The notes beneath the pieces are model-generated. The model saw only the letters and a list, made by a program, of their open reading frames with translations, was not told the origin of the DNA and searched no databases. This document shows, piece by piece, positions 31,175 to 41,459 of a stretch of DNA of 64,000 nucleotides; positions within the stretch are counted from its first letter, which is position 1; the number at the start of each line of letters is the position of its first letter. The DNA is taken from NCBI GenBank assembly GCA_963822445.1, contig CAWGHO010000003.1, forward strand, positions 1,696,001 to 1,760,000, read 5' to 3'. The position numbers were made by a program, and so were the translations under genes. The stretch is from an uncultured Acidobacteriota bacterium (lineage in GTDB: Bacteria > Acidobacteriota > Thermoanaerobaculia > Gp7-AA8).

Positions 31175-31381
31175 ATGCCTCTCGTACACGTCAAAGAAGA
31201 CGAGACTTTCGAGAATGCGCTTCGCCGCTTCAAGCGGAAATGTGAGAAGTCGGGGATTCTCTCTGAGCTGAAGAAGCGTCAGCACTTTGAGAAGCCGAGC
31301 ACCAAGCGGAAGCGCAAAGCCATCGCCGCTCGCAAGAAAGTGTTGCGCAAGCTGGCCGAAGAACGTCGTACCGGTTACTAA
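31175..31381 (+). CDS. rpsU: 30S ribosomal protein S21
   Basis: [12 protein letters not shown] and FEKPS-KRKRK motifs. Confidence 0.96.
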   Translation: MPLVHVKEDETFENALRRFKRKCEKSGILSELKKRQHFEKPSTKRKRKAIAARKKVLRKLAEERRTGY

Positions 31382-31405
31382 ATCTCGAGACCCATCGAAT
31401 TCACG

Positions 31406-31437
31406 AACGGCCCGCGAGGAAACTCGCGGGCCGTTTT
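31406..31437 (+). terminator. Intrinsic terminator after rpsU, possibly bidirectional
   Basis: aacggcccgcgag-gaaa-ctcgcgggccgtttt. Confidence 0.85.
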
Positions 31438-31441
31438 CGTT

Positions 31442-33739
31442 TCAATGGTGCTTGATGGTCGTGCCCCCGTCGATCACCCGCACGAGCTGCATCATCCCGC
31501 GGTCCTCGTGAGCCAGGATGTGGCAGTGCAGCACGAAGTTGCCGGTGAAGTCGGCGAAGCGGCTGCGGATGCGCACGAAGCCGGGCGTCTTCGCGAAGCC
31601 GTCCTTGCCGAGCACCACGTTCCCTTTCTCCTCGCCCGCGTCGTCACCGTACTTGAGCGCCGAAGGAACGTTCACCACGTCCTGCCACACACCGTGTTCC
31701 TCATTGATGTAGTTCGTGCCGGGCGAATTGGGATCGAAGACCTCCACGACCTGGAAGGGATTGACGTGGATGTGGAACGGATGCGGAACGTTCGTGTTGT
31801 TGGTGATCGTCCACTCCTCGATGTCGCTGAGGATCATGGTCTGGTAGAACTTCGCATCGCTGAACTGCTCGTTGTCGATCATGAAGTACGGCGCGCGGTC
31901 CTTGTTCACCTTGATCTTCCCCGCGGGGCCGCCCGTGTCGGCGAGGAACGGGAACGTGTCCGGCGGCTCGGTGCAGCCCTTGACCTCATCGGCCCTCAGG
32001 CAATGCGTCCTCTTGGCGGCCGTGCCCGCCGCGGCCGGTCCAGGCTTGAAGCGGAACTGCTCCCAGTCGAAGCTCAGCGTCCGCTTGATCCTGCACTCGC
32101 CGATGTCGGCAAGGAATGGCGGGAACTCCGGGTAGTCGCCCTTCTCGCCGTCGGGAAACTTGTCGTCGACCGGATCGCCGCAGACGACGAGGTTCACGAG
32201 GTTCGGGAACTCGAACGTGCGCGTCTGCCCTGCTTCGACCGTGGGCGCCTGCACCAGCAGGTCGATCCGCCCGCCCGCGACGAGTGTCAGCTGCGCCGCA
32301 CCGGTCGTCGCATTGATCGTCTTGAGCGGCTGTTTGTTGTAGTTGTACCGGCTGAACTGCACACCATCTTGTGCGATCTGCCGCCACTCCGGCAGCGTTC
32401 CGCCATCCTGAGCGTAGAACGACGCGTTCGGACCGATGTTGTTCTGCACCTGGGCATTCACGATGCGCCACAACTGAATCTCGCCGGGACGCATGACGAT
32501 CACCGGCGCGATCTGCGGCAAACGGTTCCCGGCGCTGTCCTTCGCCGTCAGCGTGATCGGCGAGCCGTTCGTCGTCGTGGCCTTTTTCCCGCCCGGGAAC
32601 CCGGCGGTGAGCATCAGGTCGTTGATCGCCTCCCAGGTCTGCACGATCATCACCCTCTCCCGCTTCTTCAGATCGGGATAAATCTTCTCCAGATCGCGGT
32701 CGTAATCCCCTTCGATGATCAACGCGCCGGCCAGGCCGTTGAGGATGTTGATCGACGTCGAGCCGTGCTTGTGGGCGTGATACCAGTGCGTCCCCGGCGC
32801 CTGCCCCATCACGTGTCCCTTGCCTTCGGTGACCTTGAAGCAGTTCGGGTACGCGCCGGAGAAGTACTGCGGCCAGAGACCGGCGGCGACGTCGTCCTCG
32901 TTTTTCGGCGCGAGCTGATTCGGCACCGGGAGCACCGATTTGCCATCGACCGGCCCCCGCTTCCCTTTCCAGAGCGCGTTCAGATCGTCTTTGCGAATGG
33001 CCTCCTTCTGCCACTTGCGATACGGCTCGGCCAGGTCGTCCCATCTGGGCGCGTGTTCGTCGTGCTTCGCGCATGCAGCGAAGATCGCGTCGAAATACGG
33101 TTTCACCGTCTTCTCGGTGATCTTGGGATCGGGCCGCACGTGCACGAGGACGTTGTCCGCGAACCCATCCGGCGAGGCGTGGCTGCCGTGGAAATGGAGA
33201 TTCATCGTGCTCGAGGCGTGGAAGCAGTTCGGGAACTTGTCGCCGCGCGTCTTCGGGTACCAGTTCTTGTCGGGCGGGTCGACCGTGGCGTTCGTCGCCT
33301 GATCGCAGCCGTCGGTCCGTCCCGTCTCCGCGTTGTCGATCGTGCCCGCCGGAAACGCGCCGGAGTCGACCTGGTTGAGAAGCGTGATCTCGACGCGCTC
33401 GCCGACCTTCACCCGCAGCGTCGGCCCGGGATTGATGGCGGTCTTGTCTTCCGGCCACACGGCCGGCGTCTCGGCCTGCTGATCGTAGCCTTCGAAATAG
33501 CGCATCATCGGCTGCTGCGAGCCGGAGTATCCGGGAAGAACCTTCAATCCGTTCTTCACCTTGATTACGGCCTTCAACTTCCTGTTCGAGCTGGCGATCT
33601 CGCCGATCCTCGGAAGCGTGTCCGCCGGACACGTTGCGCTGAACGCCGCGCGCGGACCGAGGAGCGCCGCACCGGCGGTGATTGCCGTCGCGCGGGCGAT
33701 GAACTGCCGGCGACTGATCCCCAGATTGCGCGTTTTCAC
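31442..33739 (-). CDS. Tat-exported multicopper oxidase
   Basis: SRRQF signal; copper motifs HFHG, WYHAH, HPFHIH and HCHILAHEDRGMM. Confidence 0.92.
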   Translation of the reverse strand: MKTRNLGISRRQFIARATAITAGAALLGPRAAFSATCPADTLPRIGEIASSNRKLKAVIKVKNGLKVLPGYSGSQQPMMRYFEGYDQQAETPAVWPEDKTAINPGPTLRVKVGERVEITLLNQVDSGAFPAGTIDNAETGRTDGCDQATNATVDPPDKNWYPKTRGDKFPNCFHASSTMNLHFHGSHASPDGFADNVLVHVRPDPKITEKTVKPYFDAIFAACAKHDEHAPRWDDLAEPYRKWQKEAIRKDDLNALWKGKRGPVDGKSVLPVPNQLAPKNEDDVAAGLWPQYFSGAYPNCFKVTEGKGHVMGQAPGTHWYHAHKHGSTSINILNGLAGALIIEGDYDRDLEKIYPDLKKRERVMIVQTWEAINDLMLTAGFPGGKKATTTNGSPITLTAKDSAGNRLPQIAPVIVMRPGEIQLWRIVNAQVQNNIGPNASFYAQDGGTLPEWRQIAQDGVQFSRYNYNKQPLKTINATTGAAQLTLVAGGRIDLLVQAPTVEAGQTRTFEFPNLVNLVVCGDPVDDKFPDGEKGDYPEFPPFLADIGECRIKRTLSFDWEQFRFKPGPAAAGTAAKRTHCLRADEVKGCTEPPDTFPFLADTGGPAGKIKVNKDRAPYFMIDNEQFSDAKFYQTMILSDIEEWTITNNTNVPHPFHIHVNPFQVVEVFDPNSPGTNYINEEHGVWQDVVNVPSALKYGDDAGEEKGNVVLGKDGFAKTPGFVRIRSRFADFTGNFVLHCHILAHEDRGMMQLVRVIDGGTTIKHH

Positions 33740-34113
33740 TGCGTGCCTCCCTGCGTGTTGGCGGCGGTCACGGCGACCCTGATGGTGCCCGTGGCGTCGT
33801 CGGGATGAAGTCCATCGACGAAGGTGATGCAGACCACGCCGAGGACGCCCGGACACGGCGGATAGGTCACCTCCGTCGACAGCGGCGTGAGCGCCACCGC
33901 CGGCGAGGTCGCCGCCGGATGTCCTTTGACGAATGGCGGCAAGGGATCACTGAGCCAGTAATCCTTCGCTTTCCCCTGCCTCGTCGGCTGGTGTGCTTGA
34001 CGAGGGTCGTGATTGGCCCAGCTGACGAAGTCGCCGGTCGGGTCGAGGGTCACCACGGACGGATCGAAGACGAGTTTTCCGGACGAATCCCGGGAGATCG
34101 TGATCACTGGCAT
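33736..34113 (-). CDS. Small cupredoxin-like protein
   Basis: FDPS-V-L, VSWANHD-AHQP and HP-TGTIRV motifs; GGAGG site; GTGA overlap with the oxidase. Confidence 0.6.
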   Translation of the reverse strand: MPVITISRDSSGKLVFDPSVVTLDPTGDFVSWANHDPRQAHQPTRQGKAKDYWLSDPLPPFVKGHPAATSPAVALTPLSTEVTYPPCPGVLGVVCITFVDGLHPDDATGTIRVAVTAANTQGGTQ

Positions 34114-34214
34114 GGCCGAACCTCCGTGCCGCAAGTTGTGGGGAGAGGGACTCGGCGAGTCTGCGCGCGGAAGAGTCCGAATGCAAGTAATGTTGGCATC
34201 CGGACCGGCCCTTC

Positions 34215-36581
34215 ATGACCTCTCTCACTTCACTTCAGGTTCTCGAATTCGACCGCGTGCTCGCGCTGGTGTCGATGGAGGCCAAGAGCGCGCCCGGCAA
34301 AGACGCCGTCGCGCAACGGCGTCCGTTGTCCTCGGTGGAAGCGTGCGAAAACGCGCAGGGGAATCTCGGCGAGATGGTCCGCTTCTACCACGCGGAAGGT
34401 CTGCTTCCGCTGGCCGGCCTCGACGATCTCGGCCCGCTCTTCAATCGCGAAACGGTCCTCGAGCTCGACGAGTCGTGGCATGTCGTGCGCGCCGTGCGAG
34501 CGACGCAGGCCATGCGCGAAGCACTGCTTCGCAGCGACGGCTACATGCGCCTCGCCGCGATCGCCAACACGATCCCCGACCACGGCGAGCTCCTGGCCAA
34601 AACCAACAAGTACTTCACCCGCGAGGGCAAGCTGCGCGAGGAAGCGTCCGCGGAACTGCGCGCGATCCGCAGCAAGGTCCACGCGAAGCGGAACGCGATT
34701 CAGAAAACGCTCAACGACGTGATGAATCGCAGCGCGGACGCGATCCAGGAGCCGCTGATCGTCATGCGCGGCGATCGCTACTGCATCCCCGTGCGCAGCG
34801 ATCATCGCAACGCGGTGCAAGGCATCCTGCACGAGCGATCCGGCTCGGGCGCGTCGTTCTTCATCGAGCCGATGGCGGCGATCGAGTTGAACAACGACCT
34901 CGCCGACCTGCTCATTCAGGAGCGCGAAGAAATCGCCCGCATCACGCGCTTCGTCTCGCAGACGCTCTTCGAGAAACGCGACGAGATCCTCGGCGCGATC
35001 GACGTGGCCGGTGAGCTCGACGCCCTGCAGGCCTGCGCGATCTTTCACGACACGATTCGCGGAACGCGACCCTCGTTCAGCACGCAACGCGAGCTGCACA
35101 TCCTCGACGGACGTCATCCGCTGCTCGACGAGCGACTCGCGGCGTTACGACAGGAAGCATTCGACGAAGAACCGAGCGACCGCACCATCGTGCCGCTCAC
35201 GATCGCGCTCGATGGCGAGCGCTCCGCGTTCGTGGTCAGCGGTCCGAACGCCGGCGGCAAGACGGTCGCGCTCAAGACCGCGGGGCTCCTCGTGGCGATG
35301 GGCATGAGCGGATTGCCGGTTCCGGCCGCGGAAGGAACGGTCCTCCCCTGCGTCGACGCGCTGCACGTGCTGATCGGCGACGATCAGAGCGTCCTTGAAC
35401 ACCTGTCCACGTTCTCGGCGTATCTGACGCGGCTCAAAGTGATCCTGAATCGCGCCACGTCGAAGTCACTGGTGCTGCTCGACGAGCTCGGATCAGGCAC
35501 CGATCCGGAGGAAGGAGCGGCGCTGGCCGCGTCGGTAATCGAGCACCTTTTGGGTATCGGCTCTCTGATCATCGTCACGACCCACCTCTCCGCGCTGAAA
35601 AGCTTCGCCGTCAACGACTCGCACATCGTCAACGCCTCGATGGAGTTCGACAGCGCCACGGCGCTTCCGACCTATCGGATGATCACCGGCATCCCCGGCC
35701 GCTCGCGGGCGATCGAGGTGGCGAAGATGATTGGCCTGCCCGACTCGATCATCGCCTCGGCAAAGGAACGCCTCGGCGAACGGTACGGCGAGACCGATCA
35801 CCTGCTGGCCACGCTGCAGAAGAAGATGTCCGAGGTCGTTGCGCAGCAGGACGAGATCCTCGGCGTTCGCAAGAATCTGGAGAGCGATCGCCGCACGATG
35901 CAGGAGAAGGCAGACGCGCTGGAAAAAGAACGCCTCCGCCTCGGCACGTCCTACCGCGAAGAGCTCGAGCGGCTGCGCGACGACGTCACCCGCCAGCTCA
36001 CCAACGAGATCAAGAATCTGCGCGAGGCCGATCGCGCCGCGCGAGCATCGGTGAACGCGGCCGAGATCCTGCGCACGGTCACCAAGCCTGTCGAAAAAGC
36101 GATGGAGTTCATCCCCGCCGAACAGCGCGACATCCGCGTCGGCGAAAAGGCGGAGCATCGCAAGTTCAAGGTCGTCGGCGAGGTCGTGTCGGTCGATGGG
36201 AAGAAAGCGGTCATCAACGTCAGCGGCAGGAAGATGACTGTCGATCTGAACGATCTCGTGCCGAAAGGCGGCCCCTCACCTACCGCGAAATCGAAAGTGC
36301 GTCCCGCTGAAACGTCCAGCGACATCACGCCGGCAATTGCCGCGGAGCTGAATCTCATCGGCCAGCGAGTCGATGACGCGCTCGATGAGTCGGACAAATT
36401 CCTCGATCGCGCGCTCCTCGAAGGCAAAGCCGCGGTCCGCATCATCCACGGCTTCGGCACCGGCACCTTGCGCAAGGCCATCCGCGAGCATCTCCGCAAG
36501 CACCCCGCGGTGAAGTCCTGGCGGCCGGGCGCGGACAATGAAGGCGGCGATGGAGCGACGATTGCGGTGCTCGATGCGTAA
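34215..36581 (+). CDS. mutS2: MutS2 with Smr domain
   Basis: GPNAGGKT, IGDDQS-HLSTFS, LLDELGSGTDP and IIHGFGTG motifs. Confidence 0.96.
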   Translation: MTSLTSLQVLEFDRVLALVSMEAKSAPGKDAVAQRRPLSSVEACENAQGNLGEMVRFYHAEGLLPLAGLDDLGPLFNRETVLELDESWHVVRAVRATQAMREALLRSDGYMRLAAIANTIPDHGELLAKTNKYFTREGKLREEASAELRAIRSKVHAKRNAIQKTLNDVMNRSADAIQEPLIVMRGDRYCIPVRSDHRNAVQGILHERSGSGASFFIEPMAAIELNNDLADLLIQEREEIARITRFVSQTLFEKRDEILGAIDVAGELDALQACAIFHDTIRGTRPSFSTQRELHILDGRHPLLDERLAALRQEAFDEEPSDRTIVPLTIALDGERSAFVVSGPNAGGKTVALKTAGLLVAMGMSGLPVPAAEGTVLPCVDALHVLIGDDQSVLEHLSTFSAYLTRLKVILNRATSKSLVLLDELGSGTDPEEGAALAASVIEHLLGIGSLIIVTTHLSALKSFAVNDSHIVNASMEFDSATALPTYRMITGIPGRSRAIEVAKMIGLPDSIIASAKERLGERYGETDHLLATLQKKMSEVVAQQDEILGVRKNLESDRRTMQEKADALEKERLRLGTSYREELERLRDDVTRQLTNEIKNLREADRAARASVNAAEILRTVTKPVEKAMEFIPAEQRDIRVGEKAEHRKFKVVGEVVSVDGKKAVINVSGRKMTVDLNDLVPKGGPSPTAKSKVRPAETSSDITPAIAAELNLIGQRVDDALDESDKFLDRALLEGKAAVRIIHGFGTGTLRKAIREHLRKHPAVKSWRPGADNEGGDGATIAVLDA

Positions 36582-36584
36582 CTC

Positions 36585-36617
36585 CTTCTGCCTTCTGCCT
36601 TCTGCTTTCTGCTTTCG
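36585..36617. repeat. Single heptamer arm (YTTCTGC x4) between mutS2 and dnaG
   Basis: cttctgc cttctgc cttctgc tttctgc tttcg; no partner arm nearby. Confidence 0.85.
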
Positions 36618-36620
36618 AAC

Positions 36621-38363
36621 ATGGCCTTCGTAGATCTCAACGACACGGTGATCGCCCAAGTCCGCCAATCGGCGGACATCGTCGAGTTCGTCCAGCAGGT
36701 CACGCCGCTCAAGCTCGCGGGCAAGAGCTACAAAGGCCTCTGCCCGTTTCATCGCGAGAAATCGCCTTCGTTTCACGTCGATCGCGACAAGGGCCTCTTC
36801 TACTGCTTCGGGTGCGGTACGGGAGGCGACATCTTCAAGTTCCTCGTTCTCACCGAGCGATTCACCTTCCCTGAGGCCGTGGAGCATGTCGCCGGACGGG
36901 TCGGGATCGAGTTGCCGAAACGCCGCAAGACCGCGCGCGAAAACGACAAGGACGATCTCCTCGGTGTCATCGACGATGCGTCCGAGGCCTTTCATCAGGC
37001 GCTGGGGTGGACGCCGAATGCGGCGGACGAGTATCTGAAGCAGCGGGGCGTTTCGAAGGAGATCATCACCAAGTACGGGTTCGGATTCGCCCCCGATTCC
37101 TGGGACTACATCCTCCGCCGCCTCGGCCAGAAGCACGGCGAGAAGCGGCTCGAGGCCGTCGGGCTCGTGCAGCCACGGAAGGAAAAGAGCGGCTTCTACG
37201 ATCGTTTCCGCAACCGGCTGATGATTCCCATCCACTCCGATACCGGCGCGCTGGTGGGATTCGGCGGCCGATCGCTGGACGGAACCGAGCCGAAATATCT
37301 GAACTCTCCTGAATCAGAGCTCTTCAACAAATCGCGGCTCCTCTACAACCTCCATCGGAGCAAGGATGCGATGCGGCGATACGACCGGGCCATTCTGGTC
37401 GAGGGGTACTTCGACGCCATCGCCATCGATCACGCCGGTGTGCCGGGAGTGGTCGCGTCGATGGGCACGTCCCTGACGACCGGCCAGGCCTCGCTGCTGC
37501 GGCGGTACACGCGACGGATCGTTCTCGCCTACGACAGCGACAACGCCGGCCGCAATGCGACTCTGCGGGCCGCGCCGATCCTCTTGTCGGCCGGACTGCA
37601 CGTGGAAGCGCTCGATCTGCAGGGCGAGAAGGATCCCGACTCGCTGATTCAGAAACATGGAACGGACAAGTTCCTGGATGTGCTGTCCCACGCCATCGAC
37701 GTCTTCGAGTTCGGCCTCCGCGAATGGGCCTCGGACGCGGCGCAACTTTCCGGCAGGGAGAAATCGGAGCGGGTCGAGCAGTTCATGCCTCTGCTGTCAG
37801 CAGTCACCGACCCGGTGGTGCGGAACGAAGCCGCGCAACGCATCGCCGACGCCTTCCGGCTGGAGTTCGAAACCGTCTGGTCGCGCGTTCGCGGGAAGGC
37901 CACCACGGCGGCGCCCACTGAGCGGCAGCAGTCAGCGCCGCAGAGCACGGGCGAGAAGTTCGTGTTGATTGCCGCGCTTCAGGGACGGCTGACGGAAGAC
38001 CACATCGGGAGGCTTCGGGAGGAGTACTTCGAGGACCCGGCGTGCAAAACGGTCTTTTCTATCATAAAAAGTGACCTCGCGAGCGGACGCCCCATTGATT
38101 TTGCGCAAGTCGCGACCCATCTTAGGGGCGAGGCTGAGCTGACGCTCCTCTCCGAACTGAGCCTCACCGAAGAGCTTGACGATCCACAACTTCAGCGTCT
38201 CGACGAGAACCTGGTCCCCATGGAACGGGCCTACCTCGATCGTCGGCAGATCCAGCTCCAGCGAGACTTCCAGGAGGCACTCCGTTCCGGCGACGAAAAG
38301 CGCGCCGATCAGCTCGCGGTTGAGAAGAACGACCTCGCCCGTATGTTGCGCTCCCTGAAATAA
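36621..38363 (+). CDS. dnaG: DNA primase
   Basis: CPFH-EKSPSF-CFGC, KYLNSPE, VEGYFD, YDSD-AG and KDPD motifs. Confidence 0.97.
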   Translation: MAFVDLNDTVIAQVRQSADIVEFVQQVTPLKLAGKSYKGLCPFHREKSPSFHVDRDKGLFYCFGCGTGGDIFKFLVLTERFTFPEAVEHVAGRVGIELPKRRKTARENDKDDLLGVIDDASEAFHQALGWTPNAADEYLKQRGVSKEIITKYGFGFAPDSWDYILRRLGQKHGEKRLEAVGLVQPRKEKSGFYDRFRNRLMIPIHSDTGALVGFGGRSLDGTEPKYLNSPESELFNKSRLLYNLHRSKDAMRRYDRAILVEGYFDAIAIDHAGVPGVVASMGTSLTTGQASLLRRYTRRIVLAYDSDNAGRNATLRAAPILLSAGLHVEALDLQGEKDPDSLIQKHGTDKFLDVLSHAIDVFEFGLREWASDAAQLSGREKSERVEQFMPLLSAVTDPVVRNEAAQRIADAFRLEFETVWSRVRGKATTAAPTERQQSAPQSTGEKFVLIAALQGRLTEDHIGRLREEYFEDPACKTVFSIIKSDLASGRPIDFAQVATHLRGEAELTLLSELSLTEELDDPQLQRLDENLVPMERAYLDRRQIQLQRDFQEALRSGDEKRADQLAVEKNDLARMLRSLK

Positions 38364-38518
38364 TTATCGTCACCCATCGATTACGCGGATGTCCTCTGGA
38401 CGATACTTTGGAAGGCTTGTCAACCCCACCCGTTTGACCATCCTGCCAAGGCCTCGTTCGAAGGCCTCGAGTGCCCAGAAGAGTGGAAAGAGCTGCCCGA
38501 TTGCGAGGAGCCAAAACG

Positions 38519-40343
<1,825 letters not shown>

Positions 40344-40357
<14 letters not shown>

Positions 40358-41042
40358 GACACTCAGGGCGGCCTTCACGGCCGCCCTTTTCATCACCCTT
40401 CCCCTCTTCGCGGCCCAGCCCTATCACCTCGAGCTGGAAGCCTCGCCCGGGGCGGTGTTCCCGTACCTGGGCCGCTTCGGCGACGTCGAGCTGCACGTAT
40501 ACGAAGGCGGTGTTCGTGCGGAAGCGCTCTGGTTGAACAGCTTCAGCCGCAACGGCGAGCCCCACGTGACCGTGGTCAATCCGCTGGCCCGGATGTACGT
40601 CGAGTTGCCGATCGCCGACATCACGTCGACCCTGCGCAGGCTCGGCGGGTCGGACGCAGAGATCGAGCAGAAGGCCGTGCCTTCCGGCGTGCTGATGGCC
40701 AAAGGCAAGGTCGGTACACATGACGCGATGCGTCACCGCCTGCCCTATGGCCCCGAGGCGTGGATCGATGTCTGGACCACGCACGAGATTCCCGAGAACC
40801 CGCAACTGCGCCGCATCGTGAACGCGATGCTCGAAGGCATCTCCCCCGGCACGGCGCGTTATGCAGCGAAGTTCCAAGGAACGCCGATCCTCGTCGAGCT
40901 CAACTTCCGCCGCTTCAAGAAAGTGCGGTTGCTGAAACTGAAGAAGCTGACCATGGCCGCGGACGACGAGAAGGACGCCCTGACGCTCGGCTCGATGTAC
41001 ATGCGCGCGACGGTCCTCGAGAAGTTGTTCGAGAAGAAGTAG
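40344..41042 (+). CDS. Secreted hypothetical protein
   Basis: Signal peptide MRLSK...LFA; overlaps the rpoD end; host-like codon usage. Confidence 0.65.
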
Positions 41043-41050
41043 CGCCAGCT

Positions 41051-41136
41051 CTGGACTGCGGCAGCCGAACTGCCGCTCTCAACGCGGCGGCATCGTCGCC
41101 GCAAGCCAGAGCGGTAGCTGCGCTACCGCAGTCCAG
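41051..41136. repeat. GGA(C/G)TGCGG-family REP doublet
   Basis: ctggactgcggcagc...gctct / agagcggtagc...gctaccgcagtccag, between convergent genes. Confidence 0.8.
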
Positions 41137-41149
41137 TGGACCGTTGACG

Positions 41150-41449
41150 CTATCGGCGCGGAAGCGACGACAACGTCGCGCGAAGGTCGGTGAACTCTTC
41201 CTTCATCTCGTCGCGGAGGCGGTCGACGCGATCGTTCACCGTCATGACACCTTCGGCGACGAGCTCGATCTTGTGGTTGAGGCCTTCCGCGACCACATCG
41301 AAATGGCGTTGTGATTGCTCGGCCATCCGTTCAGTGTGCTCGCGCGCCTTTTCCGCCAGCGCCTCGGCATGTCGCCGGGTCTCCGCAATCTCATCGCGCA
41401 AACCCGTGAGCGCACCCTCGACGACCCGCTTCAGATCCGTTTCGTCCAT
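41150..41449 (-). CDS. Small coiled-coil hypothetical protein
   Basis: MDETDLKRVV...RRH...QRHFDVVAE heptads; TAGAAT 7 nt upstream of the ATG. Confidence 0.65.
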   Translation of the reverse strand: MDETDLKRVVEGALTGLRDEIAETRRHAEALAEKAREHTERMAEQSQRHFDVVAEGLNHKIELVAEGVMTVNDRVDRLRDEMKEEFTDLRATLSSLPRR

Positions 41450-41459
41450 CGCGTCAATT

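Noticed and set aside
31445-33808. Long antisense ORFs (also 38420-40396, 41775-44396, 6570-7841)
   Set aside because: These are shadow frames typical of high-GC coding DNA opposite well-supported genes.
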